NCBI RefSeq assembly: GCF_000372725.1
Contig: NW_005201192.1
Span: 1,004,758 to 1,068,757, forward strand
DNA length: 64,000 nt
Reading direction: 5' to 3'
Source of the DNA: Emiliania huxleyi CCMP1516
Lineage: Eukaryota
The translations under genes and the position numbers were made by a program. Shown in pieces: positions 40,121-52,632 of the stretch. The notes under the pieces are model-generated. The model searched no databases and was not told the origin of the DNA. It saw only the letters and a list, made by a program, of their open reading frames with translations. How positions within the stretch are numbered: the stretch's first letter is position 1; each line of letters begins with the position of its first letter.

Positions 40121-42788
40121 GAATCGCTGACCCAACTGCGAGAGCTCGTGCGCCGCGCTAGCGAAAAGCTCGACAGCTACTACCATCACATGGTCCGAGC
40201 AGCGCACGAGGCTGCTACTACCTCGCGTCTGCTCGAAGGGCTCGAGCAGGATCAGGCGCGGGCAGCCCACCTGCGAGACACACGGAGAAAGGGAGGTGAG
40301 GAGAGTCGCCCACGCGAACCCGAGAGAAGAGTGCGTCCGACCTCTACAGGTCCTCGTCATCGCCGACTGGAAAATGAAGTTCTTGATGAGCGTCTTCCGC
40401 GAGGCCATGTCCGAGTTCTTCGGCAAGCGCGGCATGCCTTGGCACGGCTGCATGCTTGTCCGGCGCCCACTGCGCTTCGAGGCCGATCGGTACGGCGAGG
40501 GAGAGTTCGTCTGCGAGTACAAACATGCAATGATGCTCGCGTCGAAAGAGGACGGCTTTGCTACCCTATCCGCAGTGCACATCGCGCTCTCCGAGTACAA
40601 ATCTGAGAACCCGCACGTCTCGAGCGCCTTGGTCAAGACTGACGGAGCCGCCGCATACGCGGGCGCGACCTTCACCCTCGGCCTCTCCTTCCTGGGTGAG
40701 ACGACCGGCATCGTCGTCCGCGGACACTTCATCGGCGAAGCTGGGCAGAATAAGTCTACTCTCGACGGCGAGTTTGCCGTCAGCGGGAGTCAGGTCCGCC
40801 GGCTCATCTGCAGCGGCCTCCACGACGTCCGCACGCCGTCAGACCTATTCCACGGGTTAGAGAAGGTGCTCTCCAAGCAGGGCGGCCGCACAGTCGCGCT
40901 CTTCCGGCCCGCCGGCAGCGAGGAGTTCGCCGTGGAGACGATCGCTCGCCTCACCCTGATGTCGGCCCGCGAGTACGTCTACGACGGGTCGGGGTCGTTC
41001 GAGGCGCTGCTGCTCCGCCGCCAGTCCTTTCTGGGGCAGGGGGAGCGGCTGACCTCGGCCGACCTCTTCCCGGACGGAAGGGTCGCGCCCACCGCGCCTC
41101 AGGTCGTCGCCTCGACGAGCCGCGGGGCGGCGGGCAGCTCGGGGCAGCACGAGCTCGTCGCACGAAGCGACGACAGGGGCCGCGAGGGCAAAGCGGACCG
41201 GAAGCTCGTCGCACGAAGCGACAGGGGCCGCGAGGCGCGGGCGAAGGCCAAGGCGGAGCGGAAGGAGGCGGCACAGGCGAAGGTGGCGGCGGAGCGCCGC
41301 CGTCTCGCTTCGGAGGCCTCGGTGGCGCGATCGACAGCGCGGTCCTACCGATGCTGCGACATGCCTGGCGGCATGCCCGGCTGCGATCGAGTCTTTGTGC
41401 GCCTAGGGGCGTTAAAGAGGCACCTGGAGCAGGGTCGCACCAACCCGGATGTGCACCAGTGCGGTTATGTCCGATGCTACCCCGCCGGCGCGCCTGTCGG
41501 CAGGGCGAGCGCCGGCGACGTGCTTGCGCGAGCGGTTGCCGCACAGGCAGGGCGTGTCACCATCCACGGCGGCGAGGGCGGCCTCGCCTCGCCCACCCTC
41601 TGCCCGGTGGCCGAGCTGCAGCTGACGCTGTGCGATGGGACCGTGTGCAAGCCGACCCCTCCGGAGGCTGGCTATGCCAGTAACCAGCAGGGGCGGTCGA
41701 AGCCGCGCCGCAAGTCCGCCATGCAGCTGACCTACGTCCTACTCGTCGGCCACGACGTGAAGGACGAGAAGGGGTACGAGAACCTGCACGGGCACGAGGC
41801 GAGCCAGCTCATGCTGGAGTGGGGCACGGCCGGCTTTGCCAGCCGTTTTGCGGGGGTTGGCAATGCGGCGGCCACGCAAGACGGGCAGCCGCACCTGCCG
41901 CGGACGGCGCAACTCTCGGCGAGCGAGCTCACGCCGCTGCTTATGCTGCCCCGGGCGAAGCTCGAGGCTCGCATCCTCAAGCTGAAGGCAAAGGAGCGGC
42001 GCCCCTGGGTCGCCGCAAAGACGAGGAAGCGGAAGCGCAGCGCCGTCCCTGCCGGCCGCAAGCAGAAGCCCGACAGCGCGGCCATCCTGCGCTCGGCGCG
42101 CGTCAAGCTTCGGCGCGCGGGCTGGGACATCGCCGCCGCAGTCGGGCAGAGGGGCGGGCGGCGGGCGGACCGCCTCACCGTCCCGGAGCTGAAGGCTCTC
42201 GTGGCAGGCCGCGGCTGGAAGCTGGGGAAGGGTGAGAAGGCCAACCAAGGCCCCCTGCTTGCGCTCGCCGAGCGGAAACGCAAAGAGGCGCGCGACGCGC
42301 ACGCTGGCCGCCACGGCGGCGTCGCCCGGCCTGAGGACGGCCTGGACGAGTGCTGGGCGCCTCAGCCCGAGGATGAGGTGTCAGACGACGGCGCGGGCGG
42401 CTCGGAGGCGAGCGGCTCGGGCGCCGCCGGCGCTGCAGGCGGTGCGGGCGGTGCGGGCGGTGCGGGCGCGGGGGGCGTAGCAGGCGCGAGGGCGGAGGCC
42501 GGCACGGCTGGGGAGCCGGCGGGCGACGGCTCGGCGTCGGAGGGAGAGGCTACAGGTGATGTCGAAATGGGTGAGGCATGCGGGGACGCCGAGATGGCAG
42601 AGGCAGGGTCGGGGAGCGGCGGCGGCGGCGGTGGCGACGGCAGCGACGGCAGCAGCAGCAGTAGCAGCAGCAGCAGCGACGATGACAGCGACGACGCCGA
42701 CGGACCTGACAGCAACTGTGAGGGAGAGGGAGAGGATGTAGCGTCGTCCGAGTCTGAGAGTGAGTCTGGGGATGAGGGTGAGGAGTAG
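40121..42788 (+). mobile_element. DDD-type transposase, Sola-like (probably Sola3), with C2H2 finger, SAP/HeH-like motif and acidic tail; 5' partial
   Basis: VIADWKMKF...RE...EFFGKRGMPWHG; KTDGA..Y; EAGQNKS.LD; C...GCDRVF...LKRH...H; LTVPELKAL...RG. Predicted GC-AG intron at about 40256-40349. Confidence 0.7.
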
Positions 42789-43733
42789 CCGCGCGGTGGA
42801 GTGTACGCTCGCTGTTTACTCGATCCGCGCGTGTGTCGACAAGGGAGAAAACGGCCACGAGAAGAGGAGGGCACGCGTGACACCTGAGCGAGCCCGCCAC
42901 AGCTGGCTCTTTCACCTGCAAGTACGAAGTAGCAGACGCTGAGGCGCGCAGGAAGTGGCCGACACGGCAAGGTCAGCGCGCATTTGCGCCACGCATCGCG
43001 AGATGGAGGGAGTACTGCAACCTACAGAGAGAGGACCTGCAGCAGCTGCCAGACGCGACGATTCGCACGAAGGAGTGACTCGCCCGCGGCTTGCCGCACT
43101 GCACTCGCAGGTATGCCCTCCGGGCGGAGGTTGAGCACTAGCCGCAAGGCACACGACCTGACCGCGGCCAGTGCTCAACCTGCAGCACCGGGCCTACAGC
43201 GAGGAGTGATACGGTGATTGACGAGGCAGTGGTTCATGCGGTGGTGGAATCGGTGTCAAAACCGAGCCAACAGGCTGAAACGGCACGGGAGCTCACAGTG
43301 TGCCTCACTGAGAGTCTCGCGGGTGCTCCGAGGCGAGCAGAGCGCGAGGGCCGATGGCATGTGAGTCTACGTAGACGCCTCATACTTGGCGGGGCTAGTG
43401 CCGGACGCAGATGGACGGCCCTGCCAAGCGTTACCCCCAAAAATCAAGAAAAAATTCTGCGGCCGAAATCTCGATTTTTAAGCTCTCTGGGGGTGTTTCT
43501 GGGACCATATGCGACCACTTCACCCGCCCCGGGAGGACTGGATCAGTTGCGACCTATCTTGCACCATCCTGGTGTGAGTCGGCGTCTAGCGCGCGCGATA
43601 AGGTTTTTGCTCGCCTTCCCTGGGACCCCGTGTTGCATGTCACTGTCATCACTGTGCGATTTCGGGGCCCGGGGTTGTGCGTTTACGTGAAGTCGCCCAT
43701 ACATGTCTATGCAAAGTCTTGTTCGGCGCGTGC

Positions 43734-45437
43734 ATGGCGTCCGCCGCCCGCAAGCGCGCCCGCACCGCCGGCGGTGAGGAGGTCGACGAGCCCGTGCCGG
43801 TCGCGGGTGGCTTTGAGGCGCCCATCTTTGGCGTGCGCGTCGTCGGCCAGGTGACGACGCTGCCGCTCGAGGGCGAGGACGGCCCTCCGGCATCGCTCGG
43901 TCGTGTTAGCGTCGCAAGCGACCACGCGGGCGCCTGGTACGTCGCGACCAAGGACTCGCTGCTGCACGTCTCGGCGGCCGGGCGCGTGCGCAGCGTTGCG
44001 ACCTTGTCGGAAAGTGTCGAATACTACACCGCTGCCGCCAGCCCCAACGGGAGCGCGGTGTTTGTGGCAGACTGGAGCAACGACGAGATCCGGCGGGTGG
44101 AGGTGGCGACGGGCGAGGTGACCACGCTCGCGGGCAGCGGCGAGAATGGCGACGCGGACGGCGTGGGCGACGCGGCGGAGTTCTGCGGCCCACGCGGCCT
44201 TGCCACAAGCCCAGACGGGAGCGCGCTGTTTGTGGCAGACTGGAGCAACCACAAGATCCGGCGGGTGGAGGTGGCGACTGGCTCTGTGACAACGATCGCT
44301 GGAAGCGGCGACGAGGGCGACGCCGATGGCGTGGTTGACGCGGCGGAGTTCTACTACCCATGTGACATCTCCATTAGCCCGGACGGCGGCGCGCTGTTTG
44401 TGGCGGACTATGAGAACCACATGATCCGGCGGGTTGAGGTGGCGACGGGCGCTGTGACAACGGTCGTGGGCAGTGGCATCAGGGGCAGCGTCGATGGCGT
44501 GGGCGACGCGGCGCAGTTCTGCACCCCAACTGGCATCGCCCTGAGCCCCGACGGCGGCGTGCTGTTTGTGGCCGACAAAGGCAACCACAAGATCCGGCGG
44601 GTGGAGGTGGCGACGGGAGAGGTGACGACGATCGCGGGCAGTGGCACCAGGGGCAGCGTCGACGGCGTGGGCGACGCGGCGGCGTTCAGCTACCCAACTG
44701 AAGTCGCCATCAGCCCTGACGGCAGCACGCTGTTGGTCAGTTCCAACGGTGGCCTCCGTCAGGTCTGCGTGGCTGCGCCTCCTCCGCCTCCCTCCTTTGC
44801 CCCGATCGTCGTTCCGCCTTCCACCATCCTGGCTGACTTCGCAACGACGCGGGGCGACGCCTCCCTGCCAGAGGGGAAAGTCACCTTCCTGATCGGCGAC
44901 GACGAGGAGCGCGTCGAGCACGTGAGCAAGAACATGCTCTGCGCCCGGTCCCCGGTCTTTCGGACCATGTTTGGCATCGGCATGAAGGAGCGCGACGCCG
45001 CCGAGGTCACGGTGTCGCACACCGACCTCGCCAGCTTCACCGCCCTCGTCGACTACCTCCTCTCCGACAAGTTCGACCTCGGCGAGGAGGAGGGCGGCAG
45101 GGCGCAGCGCGCGCTCGACCTGCGGGAGCTGGCGCAGATGTACCAGGTGCCGCGCCTCGAGCTGCTCTGCGCGCAGGCGCTGCAGGAGAGCGTCGCGCCG
45201 GCGACCGCCGTGCCGCTGCTCGAGGCGGCGCACACGCTGGGCGACGGGCGGCTCCTCGCGCAGTGCCGCCGCTACGTCGCCGACCACGCCGCCGAGGTGC
45301 GGGCGAGCGGCGGCGTGGAGCAGCTGCGCGACTTTGGCGTGGCCAAGGGGCTGCTCGGCGACGCGCTCGACCAGGTGGCGGAGCTGAAGGGGACAGTGGC
45401 GGCGCGCGACGCGGAGCTCGAGAAGGTCCGCGGGTGA
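43734..45437 (+). CDS. Intronless NHL-repeat beta-propeller plus BTB/POZ protein
   Basis: Repeats of P.G.A.SPDG..LFVAD..NH.IRRVEVATG.VTT.AGSG; VTFLIG...HVSKNMLCARSPVFRTMF; YQVPRLELLC. Confidence 0.92.
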   Translation: MASAARKRARTAGGEEVDEPVPVAGGFEAPIFGVRVVGQVTTLPLEGEDGPPASLGRVSVASDHAGAWYVATKDSLLHVSAAGRVRSVATLSESVEYYTAAASPNGSAVFVADWSNDEIRRVEVATGEVTTLAGSGENGDADGVGDAAEFCGPRGLATSPDGSALFVADWSNHKIRRVEVATGSVTTIAGSGDEGDADGVVDAAEFYYPCDISISPDGGALFVADYENHMIRRVEVATGAVTTVVGSGIRGSVDGVGDAAQFCTPTGIALSPDGGVLFVADKGNHKIRRVEVATGEVTTIAGSGTRGSVDGVGDAAAFSYPTEVAISPDGSTLLVSSNGGLRQVCVAAPPPPPSFAPIVVPPSTILADFATTRGDASLPEGKVTFLIGDDEERVEHVSKNMLCARSPVFRTMFGIGMKERDAAEVTVSHTDLASFTALVDYLLSDKFDLGEEEGGRAQRALDLRELAQMYQVPRLELLCAQALQESVAPATAVPLLEAAHTLGDGRLLAQCRRYVADHAAEVRASGGVEQLRDFGVAKGLLGDALDQVAELKGTVAARDAELEKVRG

Positions 45438-45532
45438 GTGAGTGACCAGTTCGGATACGACCTCGCGACATTTCTTTTTTCACACAATTCCGCAGCCATC
45501 CGAACGAGGACGCACCACCGTCGGACCAATCG

Positions 45533-46971
45533 ATGACCCTTGCCGGCGCTCAGCCCAAACGATTCACTCCGCCGAGCATCTCCTCGACCGTCTGCTTGAG
45601 CATGCGCTACGCTTCCGAGTCGCTTGGACTCGCACAGTGCTTCCGCTGCCGCACAGTTTTGCCTCTCTGCACTTCGCCCATTTGGATCGCACTAAACCTA
45701 GCCACGTTACCGCTCGGCTGGCCCTTCGCCATCCGGGGCCTCTTCAGCAGCAGCGCCACCGACCGTGTCCAGCGCTCGGCCTCTGGCACAGCGAAGGCGG
45801 TTGCCCTCCTCCGCTTTCGGGCCGCGGAGCTGGGGTTTGGCCCCGACCACCTCGCCGGCGCTTTCACTCACCTCTTCTACGAGGACCTGCCTGCCGCCTT
45901 TCTCCGGGCGAGGGGCGCGATCGAGAGGTGGGAGTACTTCGTCACGGGCAGGATCGGCGGCGGAGCCTGCGGCGTTCCTGCCGGCTCCTAGGAACTGCAC
46001 AGGGATTTTGCTGCATCTTCCCACAGGCGCCGGCTTCGACACGCGCTGCTACCGGCTCGACATCGGCAAGACCGCGCGCTGCTTCGAGGCGTCACCCCCG
46101 CGCGCGAGCCGCCGCCGTCGTCGCGCCCGCCTCGCCACCGCCGCGCACCCGCCTCTTCTCGCCCGCCTCCCACCACCCCCCTCCCTCCTCCCACCCTCCC
46201 CGCCGCTCGCCAGGTCGATGCGCCGACCACGCAGGCGCTCAAGCGAGAGAGCCTGAGCCGCGCCGGCGTCGACTGCTCCCACGTCACGTTTGTGCCGGTC
46301 GACTTTGCCCACTCGGACTGGTTCCAATGCTTGTGTGACGCGGGGTTCGACCCGCGCCGGCGGACCGTCTTCATCTGGGAGGGCTGTCCTCTACCACCTG
46401 CCCGCGCAGACTACGCGAGAGACTCCGAGATTAGCCGAGATTTCCGAGAGTAGGCGTCTTCTACTATCTGCCTGCCGAGGCCGTCGACGCGACGCTGCGG
46501 CGGATCGCAACCTTGTGCAGCGACGCCGTCCTCGGCTTCGACTGCTTTGCCGACTGGATGGTCGCCTTCTCGGGCCTGCTCCTTGCGCGCGTCTACGGCG
46601 CGCCGAGATCACCCGAGATCACCCAGGATCACCTGCACGACCCGCGGCATCACCCGCACCGCTGCCACCCGCACCGCCCCCTCGCTCCGCCCCCTCGCTC
46701 GTGCGCCCGCCCCCACCCTCGACCCCCACCCTCCTCCCCCTCACGCCGCCGCGTCCCGTCCCTCTCAGGCGAGCCACTCCTCACCGGCATGCCGCGGGGG
46801 GGCGAGGAGGCCCTGCTCGCGCGCAACAGCCTCGTCGCTGCCGACGTTACCCGGCCGTTTCGCAGCGCGCGGCGGCTGCTCCCTCTGGATGAGGGGGGAA
46901 TGACGATCGGCCCACCGGCATACCTACTTCTCGCCGCCACCTTCCTCACGGCGAGGACCAAGCCGCGGTGA
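45533..46971 (+). CDS. SAM-dependent methyltransferase, leucine-carboxyl-methyltransferase-like family, multi-exon (may have an internal deletion)
   Basis: TA..VA..R...DHLA..F; GAGFDTR.YRL; FEVDAP.TQ..K; FVPVDF; GFD..RRTVFIWEGV.YYL. Confidence 0.75.
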
Positions 46972-47084
46972 GTTTGTTGAATTATTTTTCTCCGTAGTGT
47001 ACCTTTAGTGAGTGAGTTGGAACGCGGCTGAATTCTTTTCTGGTGCCCGACTTGGTGCTAATAACCTCCGTGCGGCCACCACCG

Positions 47085-48430
47085 ATGCGCCGCTGCTGCG
47101 CCCTTGGCGTCCTGCTGGCAGCTTCAACGACGCAAAGCCTCAGCTTCACCGCGCAGCCGCGCCTCTCGCGCGTTCATCCGGCCCGCAGGACGGCGCCGCC
47201 GTCGCTTGGCGCGATTGCGCTGCTGGCGGAGCAGCTCGAGGTCGTGCGCTCCATCCGTCCTGCGGATGACTCGGCGGAGGTGCAGTTCAAGCTCTGGGAA
47301 AATGCTGGCCTCAATCCGACCTACAAGGTATCCGGGTCCATCTCTGGAGAGCCGTCCTACACCCGACTCTTCTCGCACGCCGACTGGCGCGAGTACTCTG
47401 GGACAGAGCCGCTCGAGAGGTGGGTGCGCGCGGTCGTCACGTGGCGCTACTCGACGGTGCTGCGCGCGCTGTGGAAGCTGAGCCTCCTCGCTGCCCTCTG
47501 GGCCTATGCCGTCGCCTCGCTGCCGGCGGCGCTGCTGCCCCGCACCTCGCCAGTGCCCATGTCGTGGGCAAGCTCTCGGGCTACTGCTAGTCTTCCGCAC
47601 AAACAACACGTACCAGCGCCTCGCGGAGGCGTGCGCGTTGATTCCTGCCCGACCACCGCGCTGCGCGCCGCAACGCCACCAGCGCCCACCGCCTTCGCCA
47701 CCCTCCCCCCCCCCTCGCCAAGCCCTCGCACACACCAATCGCACCCAAGCCTCACGCGCCTCTCTCGCACCGCGGTCAGGCGCGCACGCTGTGGGGCCGC
47801 GCAATCTACCTGACTCGCGAGGCGCGCCGCCGCCGGCACAGAGCGAGGACGCCCCTCCCCGCCGAGACACGCCTCCCGAGCCAGAGCCCGCTGGTCGTAT
47901 AAGATTAACCTGGATTTTGCACCGGTTATTTCTTTTTTCAAAGCGAGGAAAAATGGTGGCGCCGCCTCTCGCCCTCCCGCTCCCTGCCTCTTGGCTCGCC
48001 CTGCCGCAGCCAGCCTCGCCTCTTCCGCCTCCTGCCTGCGCCGCCTCTCGCCCTCCCGCTCCCTGCCTCTCGGTCCCCGCCCTGCCGCAGCCAGCCTCGC
48101 CTCTTCCGCCTCCTGCCTGCCACGCCCTCCGCCGCCCTCCCATTCCCTGCCTCGCGGCGCTGCGGCAGGTGGCACAGGGAGTAGCCACGGCGCTCCTGAG
48201 TCCTGTTCGACCGCAGGGTGGCGAGCAAGGAGGAGGAGATGGAGGGGGCGGCCGAGGGGGCGGGGCGGCCTCCTGCCGCTACCTCGCAGCCTTCAGCTGG
48301 GAGCTCAACGCGAAGCTCACCGGCGCTCGCCCCTCGCCTCGCCGCCACCCGTCTCCGCCTCCGCGCCTCTTCAGACTACGCGGGGTGGCTGTGTGTAGGC
48401 CCCACGCTGCCCGACGACATCCTCCGCTAG
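47085..48430 (+). pseudogene. Bestrophin/UPF0187-like plastid-targeted channel, frameshifted at about 47566 and truncated at about 48430
   Basis: Signal peptide plus SLSF; RLFSH.DW; SPVPMS then, in another frame, GQALGLLLVFRTNNTYQRLAEA; CRYLAAFSWEL.AKL. Confidence 0.7.
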
Positions 48431-50127
48431 GGGCAAACACTGAAAACGTAACTTGATCGGGGCGCGGTTTTTTTTGGACTAGACTGCTCGGGGGAGGTGG
48501 GCGAGTGATTGGGTAGCTTTGGGGCCGCCGAAAATAATGAGAACCGCCCCCTATATCTCGCCAAATCTCGATTTTTCGCGGGAATGGGGGCTTCTCAGCC
48601 CCGCGCGAGCTACAGTGACTCCCCAGGGCTTGTCCCGTGGCCCAAAGTGGTACCCCGAGCTCCGCCACGAGCGTGGGCAATCAGGAGACACCCACAGTCA
48701 CGGCGGGCGAGGAGTTGGGTGACGGCCAACTGTCGATTACGGCGCCTCTGGAGCCTCCTGTATCGTCGGTTCGGCTCGAAGATCGTGCCGCATCCGCATG
48801 TAAACCACCTCCGCGCCCCCGCTGGCACATGTCCGCATTGCCCGAGCCTGGGAGAAGTTCCCAGTGCCCGGAGGCTGCACAGGTCCGCGAAACGCTGGCG
48901 CTGCAGCTCCCGGCGCGCACCCCAGATTCGCGAGGAAAACAGCCGAAAACGGGTCGCGCCGCGATCGACCCTCAGCGAGCCCAGGCGAGCCTGGTAATCC
49001 CACCCGGTGGTAAGCGCACGTCCTCCGCGTAATCTAGCGCGCTGTGCAGCCCGCCAGTGCATGGCGCCGACCTGGGCCGACTGGTCGATCTCGCCGCGAT
49101 CTCGCCATCCAATTCTCGGTCAGGTGTAGTGGATCACCTTAAAATCCTGGATTAATTCCTGAGCCCACCTGGCCCCACCAGACGGGTGGCACGAGGCGCC
49201 CGGGCCACTTTTTAGCGCCTCCCGAGCCTCCCGGCGCCTCCTGTGGCCTCCTGAACCCTCTCCCCCGCAGCCTCTCTCGGCGACGTGGGGAGCGGCTGCC
49301 GTCCACGGCTCGCACCGGCTCTTCCAGCGGCTCCACGCTTGCCGCCTGTGACGCCCGCGCCACGCACTGCCACGCGGCCGCTCGAGAGAGCGGTCGACGC
49401 CCATACTGCTGGGCGTGGCGCTCTATCGGTCGACGCGCTTCGGCGTCGCTGCTTGGTTGGGGACCCGTGCCTCGACGCGGCGGCGCGGCCAAGTACGGCT
49501 CGGTGGCACAGCGCGTCGCCACGGATGAGATGCGGCCACAAGCGGCTGGGGAAGCTCCAAGAATGTTTCGTTCTACTTGCAGGAGAGGTGCAAGCAATTC
49601 GGGTGACTGCATGGCTCTTCGCGTCGAGGGATGCGTCCAAGATAATGAGTAGCTTATTGAAAGCGCCGTGTCTTGCGGCATATTCCGGGTCATCGATCCA
49701 CGTGATGTGACAAACTAGCCGCTATTAATGAATATGGGTGAATGTTATCTAGTTAAGGCAACCCGAGCGACAACTCACGCGCTTGGCGTGTGTGTGCCTG
49801 CTGCTCAAGGTCAAGCGGATATGAGCATATACACAACACACATACCACGGTCCGTCTGCATCCTCGGCCATCTACCGCCGTGCCACATCACCCTATGTGT
49901 TCGCTGTCCACCGCATGTGCCGCAGAGTCAACGTGCATTGCGCCGTGGGCGCGCCTCGCGCGCCTGTGGCGCCGCCTCATCAGCCGCCACGCCTGCTGCG
50001 GTTGCCCCGCGCTTCTTCGGCGCCCCGCGCTTCTTCGGCGCCCCGCGTGATGTGGGCGAGCGGCTCCGCCGCCCGAGCGGCGGCTTGACTGAGCAAGGAC
50101 GGGACGAGGCCCTTGGCGAGAGCCAAG

Positions 50128-51143
50128 TTACGCCACTCCGGATCGTCGGTCGGAGGCTGTCATCGCTCGCGCAACTGCGCACAACACGCACACACGGCTC
50201 AGGCAGCAAGGCCGAGATAGAGCCGAGATATAGCCGAGATATAGCCGAGATATAGCCGAGGTGTAGCAGCCGCGGCGGCGGCTCGGGGGGCGGTGGGAGA
50301 GCAGGGCGGGCGCCTGCTTGTAGCGACTCGACTGCAGCAGCACGACGTTCATCCACTGGTCGACGAGCGTCGGGACGGCGACCCACGAGCCGTCCGCGCC
50401 GCGGCCATGTAGCAGCACGAGCAGCGCCCATGCGTGCACCTCCGCCTCGCTGGGCAACGCCTTGCCCGAGGCGCACAAGATCGAGTTCCTGCGGCGCGGG
50501 TGAGCGGCAAGAGCTCGCCAAGGCGGGGCGAGCGCGGCCACGGCGAGGGCGGGCACGCACCGCTTCGATTCGGGCGCCCCGCGCTGCAGCGCCGCGCGCC
50601 GCTCAAGCTCGGCCTGCACGTTCTGGAGGATCTGCTGCAGCTGCTCGGTCGTGACATCTGCGGCACACACGCGCAAACCTGAGACCCCCACGGGCCCGGC
50701 GGCGGCGCGGCGAGCGGGGCGCGCGCAGGGGCACACACGGGCGTCGCAAACGCGCGGGCGCAGCGCGCCTGGAAGGGTGCCACCGCCGGGCCCGTGATCA
50801 CCTGCACGCACAGGCATCGCAGATCGTCAATGTCCCGCTGTGTCCCGAGCTTGGGGCTCGCGCTCCGGCGCCACGGGCTCGACGCGAGGACTCTGGAGAG
50901 AATGTCAGAGTGAGAGTGGATGAGGTTGGAGTGGAGGCGGCAATCGCCGTGCGGGCGCGCCCGGGGCTGCAGATCCTCCAAAGCAGCGGGACGGGAGCGC
51001 GCGCGCGACCGCGGGCCGGATTTTGCGGGGGAACTCGGGGGGAGGGCGCCCCGGACACGCCCTGCACGCGGCGCGGGCTGGCGCTCACCAGGAGCGGCAG
51101 CATTTGCGGTCTTCAAGCGAGGTTTTTCTTTCGCCGCCATCAT
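50128..51143 (-). CDS. Multi-exon hypothetical protein (boundaries uncertain)
   Basis: Coding-like exons DVTTEQLQQILQNVQAELERR and EAEVHAWALLVLLHG...VPTLVDQWMNVVLLQSSRYKQ. Confidence 0.35.
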
Positions 51144-51395
51144 TCTTTTCCCTGCCAGGGCCTCACTTGTCGCATTTGCGAGGAAAGCAAGCGCGAGCGC
51201 TGCGGCGCCGGAGTCTTTCGGTCACCATTCTGGACCATCTTAATATTTTTCAATGATTTTTGCAGGGTCTGAAAGCTGAGACTCAGCTCTTCACGCTCGG
51301 TATGAAAGCAAGGTCCGCCCGGGGGGTCCCATTTTTCAGTATTTCCCCCTACCTCCGCGCCCTCTTCACCGCCGAGGAGGCGCGCAAGGGAGACG

Positions 51396-51555
51396 GGCGG
51401 GCGGGAGGGCAGCGGGCGGGCGGGCGGGAGGGCAGCGGGCGGGCGGGCGGGAGGGCAGCGCAAGGGCGGGCGGGAGGGCAGCGCAAGGGCGGGCGGGAGG
51501 GCAGCGCAAGGGCGGGCGGGAGGGCAGCGCAAGGGCGGGCGGGCGGGCGGGGGGG
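51396..51555. repeat. G-rich about 23-bp minisatellite
   Basis: Unit gggcgggcgggagggcagcgcaa; shares gggagggcagc with 28724-29014. Confidence 0.85.
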
Positions 51556-51738
51556 CCACGGCTTGGACTAGCCTCCATCACCCTCCGGTTCCGGGTCCGG
51601 TGCCAAGCCCCGCCCCGCCCCGCCCCTCTTGCAACCCGCAGGCGGAGTGGATGGCGGCGCAGCGCTCCCGCCCGCTGCAGTGGCGGCAGCCGCTTCCGCG
51701 ACATGCCCCTGACGTCTCCTGGACATGTCCCGTAGGCG

Positions 51739-51917
51739 AGAATTTTACAGGACAGAATTTTACAACAAAACTCCCTCGCACAACACTGGGCACGGGACTG
51801 GCGCGCACTGGCACTAACACAGGTACACCACTGGAGCAGAAAAGAATCTTGCAAAAACTTTCTCGCACAACACTGGGCACGGGACTGGCGCGCACTGGCA
51901 CTAACACAGGTACACCA
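51739..51917. mobile_element. Two tandem right-end fragments of the 53724-53877 MITE family
   Basis: agaattttacaacaaaactccctcgcacaacactgggcacgggactggcgcgcactggcactaaca, duplicated. Confidence 0.75.
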
Positions 51918-51996
51918 CGGGAGCCGCCTAAGCGACTCCCGCGAGGACGGCCAGAAAAGAATTAACAATGCCGGTGTCTGCCACCTGTAACCTCTC

Positions 51997-52275
51997 AGGA
52001 GAGCGATGAGTCAGGGGAAGAGACAGCAGCGAGCAGGAGAGAGAACGACGAGAGTGGGAAGAACGCGAGGTGGCATGAAGGTCGCTGCGAGAATTGGGGA
52101 GAGAGAGACTCTCTCTTCTAGAATTGGTGAGAAACTGCGAAGAGAGATAGGAAGTGGTAGACGCCCGAGCGAGGGTGGGCGACGGCTAGCACCACACTTC
52201 TCCCCTAAAATCCCTGTGTGGCGGCGTGCCGTCCTCCCATCCCTCCCTTGGGTTGTCTGTTTTCTTTCTTTCTTT
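51997..52275 (+). mobile_element. About 280-bp insertion with 13-bp flanking direct repeat and (TTTC)n tail, SINE-like
   Basis: cctgtaacctctc at 51984-51996 and 52276-52288. Confidence 0.55.
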
Positions 52276-52302
52276 CCTGTAACCTCTCTTTAAGGTATTG
52301 CT

Positions 52303-52357
<55 letters not shown>

Positions 52358-52632
52358 ACATAAGAAAAATAAAAAAAACCAGCATGCACACGTGCATGAC
52401 ATGCACATGTGCATGTGCATGTGCATGCCACCCACATCCACACCACCTTAGGCGGGGCGTGACATCCGGGTCAATTCCGACCGGGAGCAAGGCGCAATCC
52501 GACCGAGAGCAAGGCCACGACTTCCATCCATGTGTGCCGCCGGGCCCCTGCCAGCGTTCCGCTCCTGCGCGCCTCTACATCTTCCCCCGTCCCACTCGCC
52601 AACCGTCGCCCCTCGCTCACTCCCGCCGCAGC

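Noticed and set aside
43707..45287. Long antisense ORFs opposite real genes (also 9974-11413, 13916-15043, 62405-63880)
   Set aside because: Expected shadow ORFs from high GC3 codon bias.
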